A DNA stretch of 64,000 nucleotides from Actinomycetota bacterium. GTDB lineage: Bacteria; Actinomycetota; Actinomycetes; Nanopelagicales; Nanopelagicaceae. A program made the translations under genes and the position numbers. The DNA lies in NCBI GenBank assembly GCA_026393035.1, contig JAPLAY010000004.1, positions 593 through 64,592 of the forward strand. The letters are read 5' to 3'. Below the pieces are notes generated by a model. It ran no database searches, had not been told where the DNA came from, and saw only the letters and a list, made by a program, of their open reading frames with translations. Positions 33,209-43,871 of the stretch are shown here, piece by piece. Each line of letters begins with the position of its first letter. Within the stretch, counting starts at the first letter, position 1.

Positions 33209-34291
33209 TTAGAAATCAACCTCAGCGGTTGCTTCATCAATTGCAGCTACGAGTTCAGCATCGACAACGATTGGAACATAGTGTTCGCGAATCTTGGCTT
33301 CGATGTCATTTGCTAGATCAGGATTATCAATCAAGAAAGCGCGAGCATTCTCTTTACCTTGACCGAGTTGATCGGCTTCATAGGTATACCAAGCGCCGGC
33401 CTTCTTTACGATGCCAACTTCAACACCAAGGTCGATAAGTGAACCTTCGCGTGAGATTCCAACACCGTAGATGATGTCGAACTCTGCTTGCTTAAATGGT
33501 GGAGCCATCTTGTTCTTAACAACCTTTACGCGAGTACGGTTTCCGACCGCGTCGTTGCCATCTTTAAGAGTTTCGATGCGACGAATATCAAGACGGATTG
33601 AAGCGTAGAACTTAAGTGCTTTTCCACCAGTTGTGGTCTCTGGTGTTCCGAAGAAGACACCGATCTTGTCGCGAAGTTGGTTAATGAAAATTGCTGTTGT
33701 ATTTGATTGGTGTAAAGCACCAGTAATTTTACGAAGTGCTTGTGACATCAAACGTGCCTGCAAGCCCATATGTGAATCGCCCATCTCGCCTTCAATTTCT
33801 GCGCGAGGTGTTAGGGCTGCAACTGAGTCAACAACAATTACATCGATTGCGCCAGAGCGAACCAACATATCCATGATCTCAAGTGCTTGTTCACCGGTAT
33901 CTGGTTGTGAAACTAGAAGTGCATCAATATCAACGCCTAATTTGCGGGCATACTCTGGATCTAGCGCGTGCTCGGCATCGATAAATGCAGCGATTCCGCC
34001 AGCTCTCTGCGCGTTTGCAATTGCATGAAGTGCGACAGTTGTCTTACCTGAAGATTCTGGTCCGTAAATTTCTACGATACGTCCTCGAGGTAATCCACCA
34101 ATTCCAAGTGCGATATCTAACGCAACCGAACCAGTTGAAATAACTTCAACAACTTGTGGGCCGCGATCGCCCATCTTCATTACTGAACCCTTACCGAATT
34201 GACGCTCGATTTGGGCAAGTGCACTATCTAAGGCTTTGGTGCGATCTGAGTTCTGCTTTTCAGATTGTTTATCAGGCTGTTCTTTAGCCAT
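33209..34291 (-). CDS. recA: Recombinase A (no intein)
   Basis: [25 protein letters not shown]. Confidence 0.99.
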   Translation of the reverse strand: MAKEQPDKQSEKQNSDRTKALDSALAQIERQFGKGSVMKMGDRGPQVVEVISTGSVALDIALGIGGLPRGRIVEIYGPESSGKTTVALHAIANAQRAGGIAAFIDAEHALDPEYARKLGVDIDALLVSQPDTGEQALEIMDMLVRSGAIDVIVVDSVAALTPRAEIEGEMGDSHMGLQARLMSQALRKITGALHQSNTTAIFINQLRDKIGVFFGTPETTTGGKALKFYASIRLDIRRIETLKDGNDAVGNRTRVKVVKNKMAPPFKQAEFDIIYGVGISREGSLIDLGVEVGIVKKAGAWYTYEADQLGQGKENARAFLIDNPDLANDIEAKIREHYVPIVVDAELVAAIDEATAEVDF

Positions 34292-34328
34292 TTTGTTGAC
34301 CTTTCATCGATCATCGTTATCGGTCCTG

Positions 34329-34350
34329 AAGGTACGGAGACCCACCGACG
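34329..34350 (-). promoter_or_regulatory. RecA-NDp / PafBC-type promoter of recA
   Basis: Minus strand CGTCGG-TGGGTCTCCG-TACCTT matches TGTCGG-N10-TA-N3-T with one mismatch. Confidence 0.7.
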
Positions 34351-34432
34351 GCAGAGGCTGTGCTTCTGCGGAAGTGTGGAACCGCTCAGGCTGGGTATAT
34401 CCGGGCAGGTCGCCCGAATGGATAAAGGGTAG

Positions 34433-34448
34433 CCGAACATCTGTTCGA
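34433..34448. promoter_or_regulatory. LexA SOS box next to distal recA promoter (-10 TACCCT at 34426-34431, minus)
   Basis: CCGAAC-ATCT-GTTCGA versus actinobacterial consensus TCGAAC-N4-GTTCGA. Confidence 0.88.
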
Positions 34449-34487
34449 ATGGAAACAACACGCCGAATTGGCCCAAAGAATCTGGGG

Positions 34488-34679
34488 CTATCTAAATTTT
34501 GCTGGCATCTCTGGATTGTGGGCGACTACGCCCTTCCAGATATCTCCTGGCTCCTGGCCCATTACTAGCGCTTGTTCGACCGTGACGCCACCTAATTCGG
34601 CATGAACGATATCTCTGCTGTAAGTATTTGGATCTGGAAAGTAATCAGCAATGCGAGCGCGCAATTCAGTTATTCGCAA
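34488..34679 (-). CDS. DUF3046 family protein
   Basis: MRITE..ELGG.T..QAL..G..P..IW; conserved upstream of actinobacterial recA. Confidence 0.85.
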   Translation of the reverse strand: MRITELRARIADYFPDPNTYSRDIVHAELGGVTVEQALVMGQEPGDIWKGVVAHNPEMPAKFR

Positions 34680-34696
34680 GTTAAGTCCGCACTCAA

Positions 34697-35206
34697 TTAC
34701 GAGAGTGATCTTGCGATCTGGTCAGCTTGTTTGGCAGATTCGCCAGCAGATAATGGAGATGCAACCTGGCCGAGTAGCCAATGCAGAACCAAGCTGGAAT
34801 TCGCAGCACCGAAGATCGCCGCGAGCGAGTCTTGTACCAAAGCCCAGATTGGGTGGGCGCTGATAGTTACGAAGGCGGCAATATCTTTGGGGTCGGTCTC
34901 AGTCATTTTACGGAGCGCCAGATCCCCCGAAATTTCACGTGAGAGAGTTAGAAGCGCATCCTTTGGAGATGGTGATTTCTTAGCAAGATCTACAAGGCGC
35001 AAAATTTCAGATTCAAGGAGGCTAAACATCATCTCTTCTTTATCGGCGAAGTGGTTATAAACCGTAGCTCTTGAGACTTGAGCGCGTGCGGCGATATCAA
35101 CCATATTTGATTCATATGAACCTACTTCGGTGATGACGATTTTTGCACCAGCAAGGATTGCGGTTCGTGAACGTTGGGCTGGTGCTACGGTCATGGAATC
35201 TGCCAA
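34697..35206 (-). CDS. TetR family transcriptional regulator (start may be ATG 35194)
   Basis: IAARAQVSRATVYNHFADKE HTH. Confidence 0.9.
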   Translation of the reverse strand: MADSMTVAPAQRSRTAILAGAKIVITEVGSYESNMVDIAARAQVSRATVYNHFADKEEMMFSLLESEILRLVDLAKKSPSPKDALLTLSREISGDLALRKMTETDPKDIAAFVTISAHPIWALVQDSLAAIFGAANSSLVLHWLLGQVASPLSAGESAKQADQIARSLS

Positions 35207-35234
35207 TATCCGAATCGTCGTCGCTAGCGGAGAG

Positions 35235-35549
35235 CTAAGCGGCGGCTTCTACAACAGTGAGTGATGGAGCCTTACTTGAAATATTTGAATTAGTTGTGTG
35301 AAGAGCAATTGATACTTCGGAGATAACGGTTAGCAGAGTTAGATTTAAAGCCTGGCAGATTGAATTTAAAAGTTCTGAAGATGCTTCTTTCTGTCCACGT
35401 TCTACCTCTGACAAATAACCCAATGAAACGCGAGCGCTCTTCGCAACATCACGAAGAGTGCGACCCTGTGAAATGCGCGCTTGGCGCAAGGTGCTCCCGA
35501 TGTGGGTTCTAAGAAGGGTTGCTTCGTTAGATACGGTTACCGAATTCAT
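35235..35549 (-). CDS. clgR: ClgR-like XRE family regulator
   Basis: [30 protein letters not shown]; downstream of cinA. Confidence 0.88.
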   Translation of the reverse strand: MNSVTVSNEATLLRTHIGSTLRQARISQGRTLRDVAKSARVSLGYLSEVERGQKEASSELLNSICQALNLTLLTVISEVSIALHTTNSNISSKAPSLTVVEAAA

Positions 35550-36025
35550 GAGATAAGAATACGCGAAAAAGTGGCCAATGCGCTCTCAATTGTGGCATTT
35601 CTGACCGTGGCGCGATCGCCAGAAATCGAAAGTTCAATGGCAACGCACTCTTTCTTCGAGGCGATAGCTAGCCAGACTGTACCTGCGCTTTTGCCATATG
35701 CCTTGCCTGGCCCGGCAACTCCGGTAGTGGAAATTGCATAATCAGATTTAAAAAGTTGACGTGCATTTTCGGCCATCGATTTTGCAACCTCTTCAGATAC
35801 CGCGGTGTGCTTTGTAATTAAGCGTTTTGGAACTTCAAGTAATTTACTCTTACTAGCATCGCTATAAGTCGTGATTCCACCAAGAAAAACTTCTGATGAT
35901 CCTGCTACCTCAGTAATCGCGGCACCAAGTCCGCCGCCAGTTAAAGATTCGGCGACGCTAACGGTCTTGCCAGATTTAACTAACTGCTTAACTATCTTGG
36001 TTGCTAGATCTAAATTCTGATTCAC
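35546..36025 (-). CDS. cinA: CinA C-terminal domain / NMN deamidase (PncC)
   Basis: [25 protein letters not shown]. Confidence 0.9.
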   Translation of the reverse strand: MNQNLDLATKIVKQLVKSGKTVSVAESLTGGGLGAAITEVAGSSEVFLGGITTYSDASKSKLLEVPKRLITKHTAVSEEVAKSMAENARQLFKSDYAISTTGVAGPGKAYGKSAGTVWLAIASKKECVAIELSISGDRATVRNATIESALATFSRILIS

Positions 36026-36555
36026 TTTTTTAACGCCTTCTTGAAATAGTCATAGCCAGTTGAAATTGTGAGAGCTATCGCAACAGCCATAAATGCATCT
36101 CGCGGAATACTTAGCCAAGATGGAAGGGGCAAGATATAAAAACCGACGCCAAATCCTTGGAAGGCAGCTTTTAACTTGCCACCCTTGCTTGCTGGGATAA
36201 CGCCATCGCGAATAACAGCGAGCCGCAGAATCGTGACTGAAATTTCGCGGACCAAGATAACGATGGTTACCCACCACCATAATTTTCCTTGCATCGATAG
36301 CCCAACCATTGCAGCGCCAATTGAAATTTTATCCGCCACTGGATCTAAGAAGGTTCCAAAGCTAGTTACCTGTTTGCGCGACCTCGCGAGTTTTCCATCA
36401 AAGAAATCTGTCAGTCCAACTAGAAAAAATCCGATCCAAGCAATTACTCGCCAGAGCGAATCATCGCCGCCATTCTTAAAGAGTGCATAACAACAGAATG
36501 GAACTGCAATTAACCTAGAAATGGTTAGTGAGTTTGGCAGATTGGGATGTTTCAT
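36022..36555 (-). CDS. pgsA: CDP-diacylglycerol--glycerol-3-phosphate phosphatidyltransferase
   Basis: NLPN.LT..R, D..DG.LAR...G.FLDP.ADK. Confidence 0.95.
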   Translation of the reverse strand: MKHPNLPNSLTISRLIAVPFCCYALFKNGGDDSLWRVIAWIGFFLVGLTDFFDGKLARSRKQVTSFGTFLDPVADKISIGAAMVGLSMQGKLWWWVTIVILVREISVTILRLAVIRDGVIPASKGGKLKAAFQGFGVGFYILPLPSWLSIPRDAFMAVAIALTISTGYDYFKKALKK

Positions 36556-37940
36556 AGTGGCACAGCAATTAAATCTACGCCGGCAACTTCGGTGATGATG
36601 GCATCGACATACTCGCCGACTTTATATTTTGCACGGCCTCTGACGAAGGTTGAACCATCTACCTCGGGACCTTGGTGTTCAGCACGGCCCTCTTGGCTCT
36701 CTTCATCTTCGATTAAAACTCGCACATGTTCGCCGATACGTTCCTCAGCTCTTTGCATCAAGAATTCATCAACTAATTTTGATAGTAGCTCGACTCTAGA
36801 ATTAATAACATCTTGATCGACTTTGTTTTCAAGGGTTAGGGCTTCAGTCTTATCTTCATCAGAGTATCCAAAGACGCCAATAGCATCCAACCTTGCTTGC
36901 GAGATGAAATTAACCAGTTCATCAAATTCTTCCTGAGTCTCGCCGGGAAAACCGACAATCACATTTGATCGAATTCCAGCCTGTGGCGAAAGAGCGCGAA
37001 TTTGAGTTATGAGATGTAAGAAGGATTCGGTATCGCCAAACCTGCGCATGCGACGGAGCACAGTTGGGCTGGCATGTTGAAAAGATAGATCAAAATAAGG
37101 CACAACTTTTGGAATCGAAATCATCGCCTGAATTAGCGATGGCCGCATTTCTGCTGGCTGTAGATAAGAGAGGCGGATTCGCTCAACGCCAGGAATATTT
37201 GAGATTTCCGGCAGCATATTTTCTAGAACCTGCATATCCCTAAAATCTTTACCGTATGACGTTGTATTTTCACTCACCAGGAAGAGTTCGGAAACTCCTT
37301 GTTCGGCAAGCCACTTAGCTTCTTCAATAATTTCTACTGGGCGCCTTGAAACAAATGAACCACGGAACATCGGAATCGCGCAGAAGGAACATCTTCGATC
37401 GCAGCCTGATGCAATCTTGAGTGGCGCAATAGGTGTGTTCTCTAAGCGTTTGCGTTGCAGTTTTTCGGGTGGGGTTACTAATTTTTGACGATCGGCTGGC
37501 GCAATTGGGAGCAAAGCTCTGCGATCCTTTGGGGCGTGGGCTGCAATAGAGCCACCGTTAATAATTGTTTGAAGACGAAGTGAAATATCTTCATAATCAT
37601 CGAAGCCAAGAATTGCATCTGCTTCGGGTAAGGCTTCTGAAAGTTCGTTTCCATAACGCTCTGCCATACAACCAACTGCAACTACAGCTTTGGTGGTTCC
37701 ATTCCCCTTTAGCGAGTGCGCTTCAAGCAGGGCATCTACCGAATCCTTTTTGGCGCTTTCAATAAAGCCACAAGTATTTATTAGTGCAACTTCAGCAAGT
37801 GCGGGATCGGAAACCAGTGTCCAACCATCTGTAGAAAGTCTTCCGGCAAGTTCTTCGGAGTCCACTTCATTGCGGGCGCAACCAAGAGTTACAAGCGCGA
37901 CAGTTCGAGGCTTCTTCTCTATTAAATCCTCGGCGCTCAT
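36552..37940 (-). CDS. rimO: Ribosomal protein S12 methylthiotransferase
   Basis: [31 protein letters not shown]; start MSAED chosen from TAAGAT 7 nt upstream. Confidence 0.95.
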   Translation of the reverse strand: MSAEDLIEKKPRTVALVTLGCARNEVDSEELAGRLSTDGWTLVSDPALAEVALINTCGFIESAKKDSVDALLEAHSLKGNGTTKAVVAVGCMAERYGNELSEALPEADAILGFDDYEDISLRLQTIINGGSIAAHAPKDRRALLPIAPADRQKLVTPPEKLQRKRLENTPIAPLKIASGCDRRCSFCAIPMFRGSFVSRRPVEIIEEAKWLAEQGVSELFLVSENTTSYGKDFRDMQVLENMLPEISNIPGVERIRLSYLQPAEMRPSLIQAMISIPKVVPYFDLSFQHASPTVLRRMRRFGDTESFLHLITQIRALSPQAGIRSNVIVGFPGETQEEFDELVNFISQARLDAIGVFGYSDEDKTEALTLENKVDQDVINSRVELLSKLVDEFLMQRAEERIGEHVRVLIEDEESQEGRAEHQGPEVDGSTFVRGRAKYKVGEYVDAIITEVAGVDLIAVPL

Positions 37941-37978
37941 CTGCGCCATCTTACATTGGGTTAAGTTTTAAGTTGCTA

Positions 37979-38725
37979 TTAACCGTTGGTTGACTTGCCT
38001 GGTTCGAAGGAGAGATGAACTACTTCCCCAGTTGCGCCAGGTGTGCCAATCTCTTCACCGTTGACGTTAAGGGAAACCGCCGCAGCATTTCCGATTGTTA
38101 TCTGTAGAAGTTGGTCATCGGTAAATGACTTAACTTCACCCACTGAAATCGACCCACTAAATACCTGGGCACCACTTGCATCTTGGATTCCCACCCAAGA
38201 TTTTCCTGAAATACCTGTAACAACTAGTGATACGCCTGATGTCTTTGTAGCTACAACAGTTGCGCTCTGATCAGTTGTTGAAGGGGCCACACCTTGACTT
38301 GACGGAGTCGATGAGGTGTTGTCATTTGGGAAGAGTGAGATAACTGCAGGAACTGCAATTAGTAGTGCAACAACTCCGGCCGCAACCGAAGCTAACGCTT
38401 TGTAAGAAACTTTTGGCTTTGCTGAGCGAACTTTAATTATGTGATTCTCTTCCAATAGATCAACCATTGGGCGATCAAAATCTCCGGTGACTTCAGCAAA
38501 CTTTGCAATTAAATCATCAGCACTTAACTTGACTACCTTTGCAATTGTGCGAATATGGCCACGCGCATATGCATTTCCACCACAGCTTGAAAAATCATCA
38601 GCTTCAATATTTGCAATTACAGTTTCACGGATGCGAGTAATCTCAGCAACTTTTTTGATTGTGTAACCAGCACGTTCGCGCGCATCGCGAATCTCGGTGC
38701 CGAGAGTTAGATTATCTAAACTCAT
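37979..38725 (-). CDS. RodZ-like protein (HTH, TM, DUF4115)
   Basis: AR...G.T...VA..TRIR, YARGHIR, one TM, IGNAAAV.L.VNG; ftsK-rodZ-rimO synteny. Confidence 0.88.
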   Translation of the reverse strand: MSLDNLTLGTEIRDARERAGYTIKKVAEITRIRETVIANIEADDFSSCGGNAYARGHIRTIAKVVKLSADDLIAKFAEVTGDFDRPMVDLLEENHIIKVRSAKPKVSYKALASVAAGVVALLIAVPAVISLFPNDNTSSTPSSQGVAPSTTDQSATVVATKTSGVSLVVTGISGKSWVGIQDASGAQVFSGSISVGEVKSFTDDQLLQITIGNAAAVSLNVNGEEIGTPGATGEVVHLSFEPGKSTNG

Positions 38726-38895
38726 TTATTTTCCTCTTACTTGCAACATGGAAGGGGATTTCCAAGGCACTAAGGGTAAAACCTAAGAGCGCTCTAGGAC
38801 AAGTCCGAAGATGGCCGAGGGGTTAATTCACCCCAAACACTGACCCCCAAAATGTGGACCCACGCTGAATTACAACTTTCGTCAGTTGCTAGAAG

Positions 38896-41229
38896 TTAGA
38901 GGTTGCCCTGAAGTTGCTCGAGGACATCTGGCATCTGTTCTGCACTAATCAAAACAGTTCGCGCCTTCGATCCTTCAGTTGGACCAACAATTCCACGACT
39001 CTCCATTAAATCCATTAAACGTCCAGCTTTTGCAAAACCAATTCGTAATTTACGTTGCAACATTGAAGTCGAACCAAATTGTGTTGAAACAACTAATTGA
39101 ACTGCTTGCAAGAGAAGATCCATGTCATCACCGATGTCATCTTCGATTACATGTGCTTTAACCGGCGCCGTTAAATCAAGGCGATAGACCGGCTGCAGTT
39201 GTGATTTAACGTGATTAACAATTGCTTCTGTTTCACGCTCTGAAACATAGGCACCTTGAATTCGCATCGCTTTGCTTGCACCCATTGGCAAGAAGAGGCC
39301 ATCGCCTTGGCCAACTAATTTCTCAGCACCTGGCGTATCTAATATAACTCTGGAGTCTGCAAGGCTTGAAGTTGCAAATGAAAGTCTGGAAGGCACATTT
39401 GCCTTGATTAATCCCGTAACGATGTCAACGCTCGGACGTTGGGTTGCGATAACTAAGTGAATACCGGCGGCTCTTGCAAGTTGAGTAATTCGAACAATCG
39501 ACTCTTCAACTTCGCGAGCTGCAACCATCATCAGGTCGGCAAGCTCGTCGATGATCACAAGTAAATATGGATACGGTTCAAGAACTCGTTCGCTGCCTTC
39601 GGGCACAGTTAATTTGCCAGAGCGAACTGTCTTATTGAAATCATCGATATGTCTAAAGCCGAAAGCCGAAAGATCGTCATAACGCATATCCATCTCTCGT
39701 ACTACCCATGCCAATACATCTGCGGCCTTCTTGGGATTTGTAATAATCGGCGCAATTAAATGTGGGATTCCCTCATAGCTTGTGAGCTCAACTCGCTTTG
39801 GGTCAATCATCACAAGTCGGACATCATCTGGCGTAGAACGCATAAGTATTGAAACTACAAGTGAATTAATCATTGAAGATTTACCAGCACCAGTTGCACC
39901 AGCGACTAATAAGTGCGGCATCTTGGCCAGATTTGCGCAGATAAAATTGCCCTCTACATCTTTACCGAGTGCGATGACCATTGGATGCGTGTCATTTTTA
40001 GCAACTGATGAACGCAGAACATCTCCAAGTGCAACAATCTCGCGATCAGTATTTGGGATCTCAATTCCAACCGCTGACTTACCTGGAATTGGAGAAAGAA
40101 TTCGAACATCTCCGCTTGCAACTGCATAAGAAATATTCTTAGAAAGTGCAGTGATTGCCTCAACTTTTACGCCATTACCAAGCTCTACTTCATATCTGGT
40201 AACTGTTGGACCACGCATGAATCCAGTAACTCGACATTCAACTCCGAATTGATCAAAGACCTGGGTCAGGGCTGCGACAACAACATCATTAGCTTTTGAT
40301 TTCGCCTTTGAAGTTGGCCCGAGTTTCAATAAATCCAGTGAAGGAAGTTCATACTTAGTGTCACCGGTAAGCAACATCTGCTTTGCATGTTTTGGAACTA
40401 CTGGGGCCGGTGGAATTACCGGTGTTGGTTCGCGAGCAATCTCCACGGTGAACTCTTCATCAAAACTCTCTTCATCTAACTCTTCTTCATCTTCATCATG
40501 ATGAACGAAACCTTGTACTAAAGGCGTTTCAAATGGTGGCGTATCTGAAATTTCAAAAGCTTCTTCGGCGCGGGCCGCTCTGGCATCAGAGACCTTGCCA
40601 CTTCCCCAGTTGAATAGCGTCTTAATGCGTTCCATAACTTTGGAGACCGGGGTTGCTGTTATTACCAAAATACCGAATAAGAGAAGTATTACAAGTATTG
40701 GAATTGCCAGAATTGTTGTTACAAGTGCAACTAGCGGAGTTGAAACTCCGTAGCCAATCCAGCCACCACCATGTCTGATCGCAGTCTGACCAGTTCCAGT
40801 AGAACCATTAATAATGTGTAGCAATCCAGTAATAGTTATTAATAAGACAAATGTTCCAACAATGATTCGACCTGTTGCTTTTGAATCGTCGGGAGCTTTA
40901 AATAATCTAAAGGCAAAGTAGATAAAGATCAGAGGTGCGAAAATTCCAAGGCGGCCAACTAGACCAAAGATTGCGGCATATATCCCACGACCAAATATGT
41001 TATCTAAGTTAAACCAGACACCGGCGGCTGAAATTAAACCGAGGATAAATACTAGGAATGCGATTCCATCTCGCTGGTGAGCTGGATCTAAATCTTGGGC
41101 GCCACGAAAGATGAAGCGAATAGAAGAGCCGATTGTCTTTGCGATGAATCGCCAGATTGCACCAATTCCACGAGCAGCGCCATTGGCTGCCGCAGATTTC
41201 TTATTTGATGCTTTTTTTCTCGCGGCCAT
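38896..41229 (-). CDS. ftsK: DNA translocase FtsK
   Basis: 4-TM N-terminus, GATGAGKS, IDELAD, ATQRPS, gamma domain LQRKLRIG. Confidence 0.98.
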   Translation of the reverse strand: MAARKKASNKKSAAANGAARGIGAIWRFIAKTIGSSIRFIFRGAQDLDPAHQRDGIAFLVFILGLISAAGVWFNLDNIFGRGIYAAIFGLVGRLGIFAPLIFIYFAFRLFKAPDDSKATGRIIVGTFVLLITITGLLHIINGSTGTGQTAIRHGGGWIGYGVSTPLVALVTTILAIPILVILLLFGILVITATPVSKVMERIKTLFNWGSGKVSDARAARAEEAFEISDTPPFETPLVQGFVHHDEDEEELDEESFDEEFTVEIAREPTPVIPPAPVVPKHAKQMLLTGDTKYELPSLDLLKLGPTSKAKSKANDVVVAALTQVFDQFGVECRVTGFMRGPTVTRYEVELGNGVKVEAITALSKNISYAVASGDVRILSPIPGKSAVGIEIPNTDREIVALGDVLRSSVAKNDTHPMVIALGKDVEGNFICANLAKMPHLLVAGATGAGKSSMINSLVVSILMRSTPDDVRLVMIDPKRVELTSYEGIPHLIAPIITNPKKAADVLAWVVREMDMRYDDLSAFGFRHIDDFNKTVRSGKLTVPEGSERVLEPYPYLLVIIDELADLMMVAAREVEESIVRITQLARAAGIHLVIATQRPSVDIVTGLIKANVPSRLSFATSSLADSRVILDTPGAEKLVGQGDGLFLPMGASKAMRIQGAYVSERETEAIVNHVKSQLQPVYRLDLTAPVKAHVIEDDIGDDMDLLLQAVQLVVSTQFGSTSMLQRKLRIGFAKAGRLMDLMESRGIVGPTEGSKARTVLISAEQMPDVLEQLQGNL

Positions 41230-41248
41230 AATGGCTAACCTTAAAGCG

Positions 41249-41269
41249 TTAGATATATTCGATATCTAA
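41249..41269 (-). terminator. Inverted repeat between rnj and ftsK (terminator or operator)
   Basis: TTAGATAT-ATTCG-ATATCTAA perfect 8-bp arms; short T run after the extended stem on the minus strand. Confidence 0.45.
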
Positions 41270-41278
41270 GGCGCGCCG

Positions 41279-42961
41279 TTATACCTCGATGACTACTGGA
41301 ACAATCATTGGTTTGCGACGATGCTTATCGCCTACCCAACTACCAACAGTTTTTCTAACTACTTGTTGCAGTTGATGCGTTCCGTTAATTCCATTTCCTA
41401 CTGCCGTTGCCAGCGCCTTTTCAATCATGCCCTTTACTTCATTAAAGAGATCATTATCCTCAGTGAAACCACGTGCATGAATATCAGGTCCTGCAACTAT
41501 TTTTCCAGTTTGGGATTCGATTACAACTACAACTGAGATAAATCCTTCTTCACCTAGAATTCGTCGATCCTTTAGCGAGCTCTCGGTAATTTCACCAATG
41601 CTTTGGCCATCTACATAAACAAAGCCCACTGGAATTGCACCAGCAACATCTGCATAACCATCAGCCATATCAACAACAATTCCATTTTCAACAACCAAGG
41701 TATTTGTACGAGCTACTCCGGTCTTAATTGCTAGTTCAGCATTTGCTCGAAGATGGCGCCATTCACCGTGGATTGGCATTACATTCTTTGGCTTAACAAT
41801 GTTGTAGCAATATAGAAGTTCGCCGGCAGATGCGTGGCCTGAAACGTGAACCATGGCATTACCTTTGTGAACTACATTTGCGCCGAATCGGGTTAGCTCA
41901 TTAATTACTCGGTAAACCGGATTTTCGTTTCCTGGGATTAACGATGAAGCCAAGATGACAGTGTCGCCCTTACCAACTTGAATTTCGTGATCGCCATTTG
42001 CCATTCGAGAAAGCGCAGCTAGTGGCTCGCCTTGCGACCCGGTACAAATCAATACGACTTTGTCGCCATAATCTTTTAAGTTTTTGGAATCAACAATTAA
42101 ATTTGGTGGAATATGGAGATAACCTAAATCTTCAGCGAGTTTCATATTTCGCACCATGCTGCGTCCAACATATGCAACCTTGCGACCATGGCTTTCGGCA
42201 ACATCAATTATTTGTTGAATTCTATGAACATGTGAAGCGAACGAGGCGACGATAACTCGGCGCTCGGTCTGACGAATTACTCGATCTAATACTGGGCTAA
42301 TTTCGCGTTCTGCAGTTGTGAAACCTGGAACATCAGCATTGGTTGAGTCGACCATAAATAGATCAACGCCCTCTGCACCTAACCGGGCGAAAGTTGCGAG
42401 ATCGGTAACGCGACCGTCCAATGGAAGCTGATCCATTTTGAAATCACCAGTTGCAAGAACTAGACCGGCAGGAGTACGAATTGCAATTGCTAGCGCATCT
42501 GGAATTGAGTGATTAACTGCAACAAACTCTAATTCGAATGGGCCAAACTTCTGCTTCATTCCAGCTTTAACTTCAACCATCGGCGCAGTGATTCTGCGTT
42601 CTTTTAATTTAGCTTCAGTGAAGGCAAGAGTTAATTTAGAGCCAACAATTGGAATATCGCTACGTTCGCGCAAAAGATAAGGAACTGCGCCAATATGATC
42701 TTCATGGCCATGTGTAAGCGCTACCGCTACAACATCATCTAAACGTTCTCTAATATATTCAAAGTCCGGCAAAATTAAATCAATTCCAGGTTGGCTCTCC
42801 TCTGGAAACAGCACGCCACAATCAACTACTAATAACTTTCCTTCGTATTCGAAGACGGTCATGTTGCGACCGATTTCTCCCAAGCCACCTAGTGCGACAA
42901 TGCGCAGAGTTTTTGGTGCGAGTTTGGATGGATAGGGTAAATCTGGATGAGGATGATTCAT
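41279..42961 (-). CDS. rnj: Ribonuclease J
   Basis: LGGLGEIGRN, HGHEDH, TGSQGEP, HVSGH. Confidence 0.97.
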   Translation of the reverse strand: MNHPHPDLPYPSKLAPKTLRIVALGGLGEIGRNMTVFEYEGKLLVVDCGVLFPEESQPGIDLILPDFEYIRERLDDVVAVALTHGHEDHIGAVPYLLRERSDIPIVGSKLTLAFTEAKLKERRITAPMVEVKAGMKQKFGPFELEFVAVNHSIPDALAIAIRTPAGLVLATGDFKMDQLPLDGRVTDLATFARLGAEGVDLFMVDSTNADVPGFTTAEREISPVLDRVIRQTERRVIVASFASHVHRIQQIIDVAESHGRKVAYVGRSMVRNMKLAEDLGYLHIPPNLIVDSKNLKDYGDKVVLICTGSQGEPLAALSRMANGDHEIQVGKGDTVILASSLIPGNENPVYRVINELTRFGANVVHKGNAMVHVSGHASAGELLYCYNIVKPKNVMPIHGEWRHLRANAELAIKTGVARTNTLVVENGIVVDMADGYADVAGAIPVGFVYVDGQSIGEITESSLKDRRILGEEGFISVVVVIESQTGKIVAGPDIHARGFTEDNDLFNEVKGMIEKALATAVGNGINGTHQLQQVVRKTVGSWVGDKHRRKPMIVPVVIEV

Positions 42962-43851
42962 TAGTTAAGTGTTACTCCGCCTTGTCGTAGGTCCTCCCGC
43001 AATTGCGCAATCTGCGCAGCGGTGGCATCGACAAGTGGCAATCTAGTAAATCCGCCAGGTAGGCCCATTTCATTTAGAGCGGCCTTAGTCAATATCGCAC
43101 CTTGGGTGCGGAAGGTTCCGGTGAATACCGGTAATAATTTTTGATGAATTTCAAGTGCGATCGATGCTTTTCCAGCAAACCAAGCATCTAACATTTCTCG
43201 TAAATCTTTGCCAACTGTATGTCCGCAGACCGATACGAAGCCAACTGCGCCAACTGAAAGTAATGGCAGATTCAAAATATCGTCGCCCGAATAAACTGGA
43301 ATTCCAGAACGCTTAATTACCCATGAAGTTGCGGCAACGTTTCCTTTGGCATCTTTTAGCGCTGCAATTCTTGGGTGTTCAGCTAGCGCAACAATTGTGT
43401 CAGATTCAATTTCAATTCCAGTTCGCCCAGGAATGTCGTACATCATTACTGATAAATCAGTTGCATCTGCCATAGCGCGAAAGTGAGCTGCGATTCCGGC
43501 TTGTGGTGGCTTGTTGTAATAAGGAGTAACAACCAACAGCGCATCCGCGCCAGCCTTCGCTGCGCGTTTGGCTTGTACGACTGAATGTGAAGTCTCATTA
43601 TTTCCAGCACCAGCAATTACCTTGATCTTTGATCCAACTACTTTCTTTACAACTTCAACGATTTTATCTTTCTCGTCATCACTTGTTGTTGGAGCTTCTC
43701 CAGTTGTGCCATTTACAACAATTCCATCGTGCCCAGTTGATACTAAATGGGCTGCTAGCTTTTCAACACCTGCCCAATCAATCTCGCCATCCTTATTAAA
43801 TGGCGTAACCATGGCGGTAATTAACCGACCAAATGGAGGTGTGATACTCAT
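42961..43851 (-). CDS. dapA: 4-hydroxy-tetrahydrodipicolinate synthase
   Basis: GTTGE, TPYYNKP, YDIPGR, LKDA. Confidence 0.97.
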   Translation of the reverse strand: MSITPPFGRLITAMVTPFNKDGEIDWAGVEKLAAHLVSTGHDGIVVNGTTGEAPTTSDDEKDKIVEVVKKVVGSKIKVIAGAGNNETSHSVVQAKRAAKAGADALLVVTPYYNKPPQAGIAAHFRAMADATDLSVMMYDIPGRTGIEIESDTIVALAEHPRIAALKDAKGNVAATSWVIKRSGIPVYSGDDILNLPLLSVGAVGFVSVCGHTVGKDLREMLDAWFAGKASIALEIHQKLLPVFTGTFRTQGAILTKAALNEMGLPGGFTRLPLVDATAAQIAQLREDLRQGGVTLN

Positions 43852-43871
43852 GCGCTAAGGCTACACGCTAA

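Noticed and set aside
33209-34291. Possible intein in recA
   Set aside because: 360 aa and continuous with canonical RecA; no insertion.
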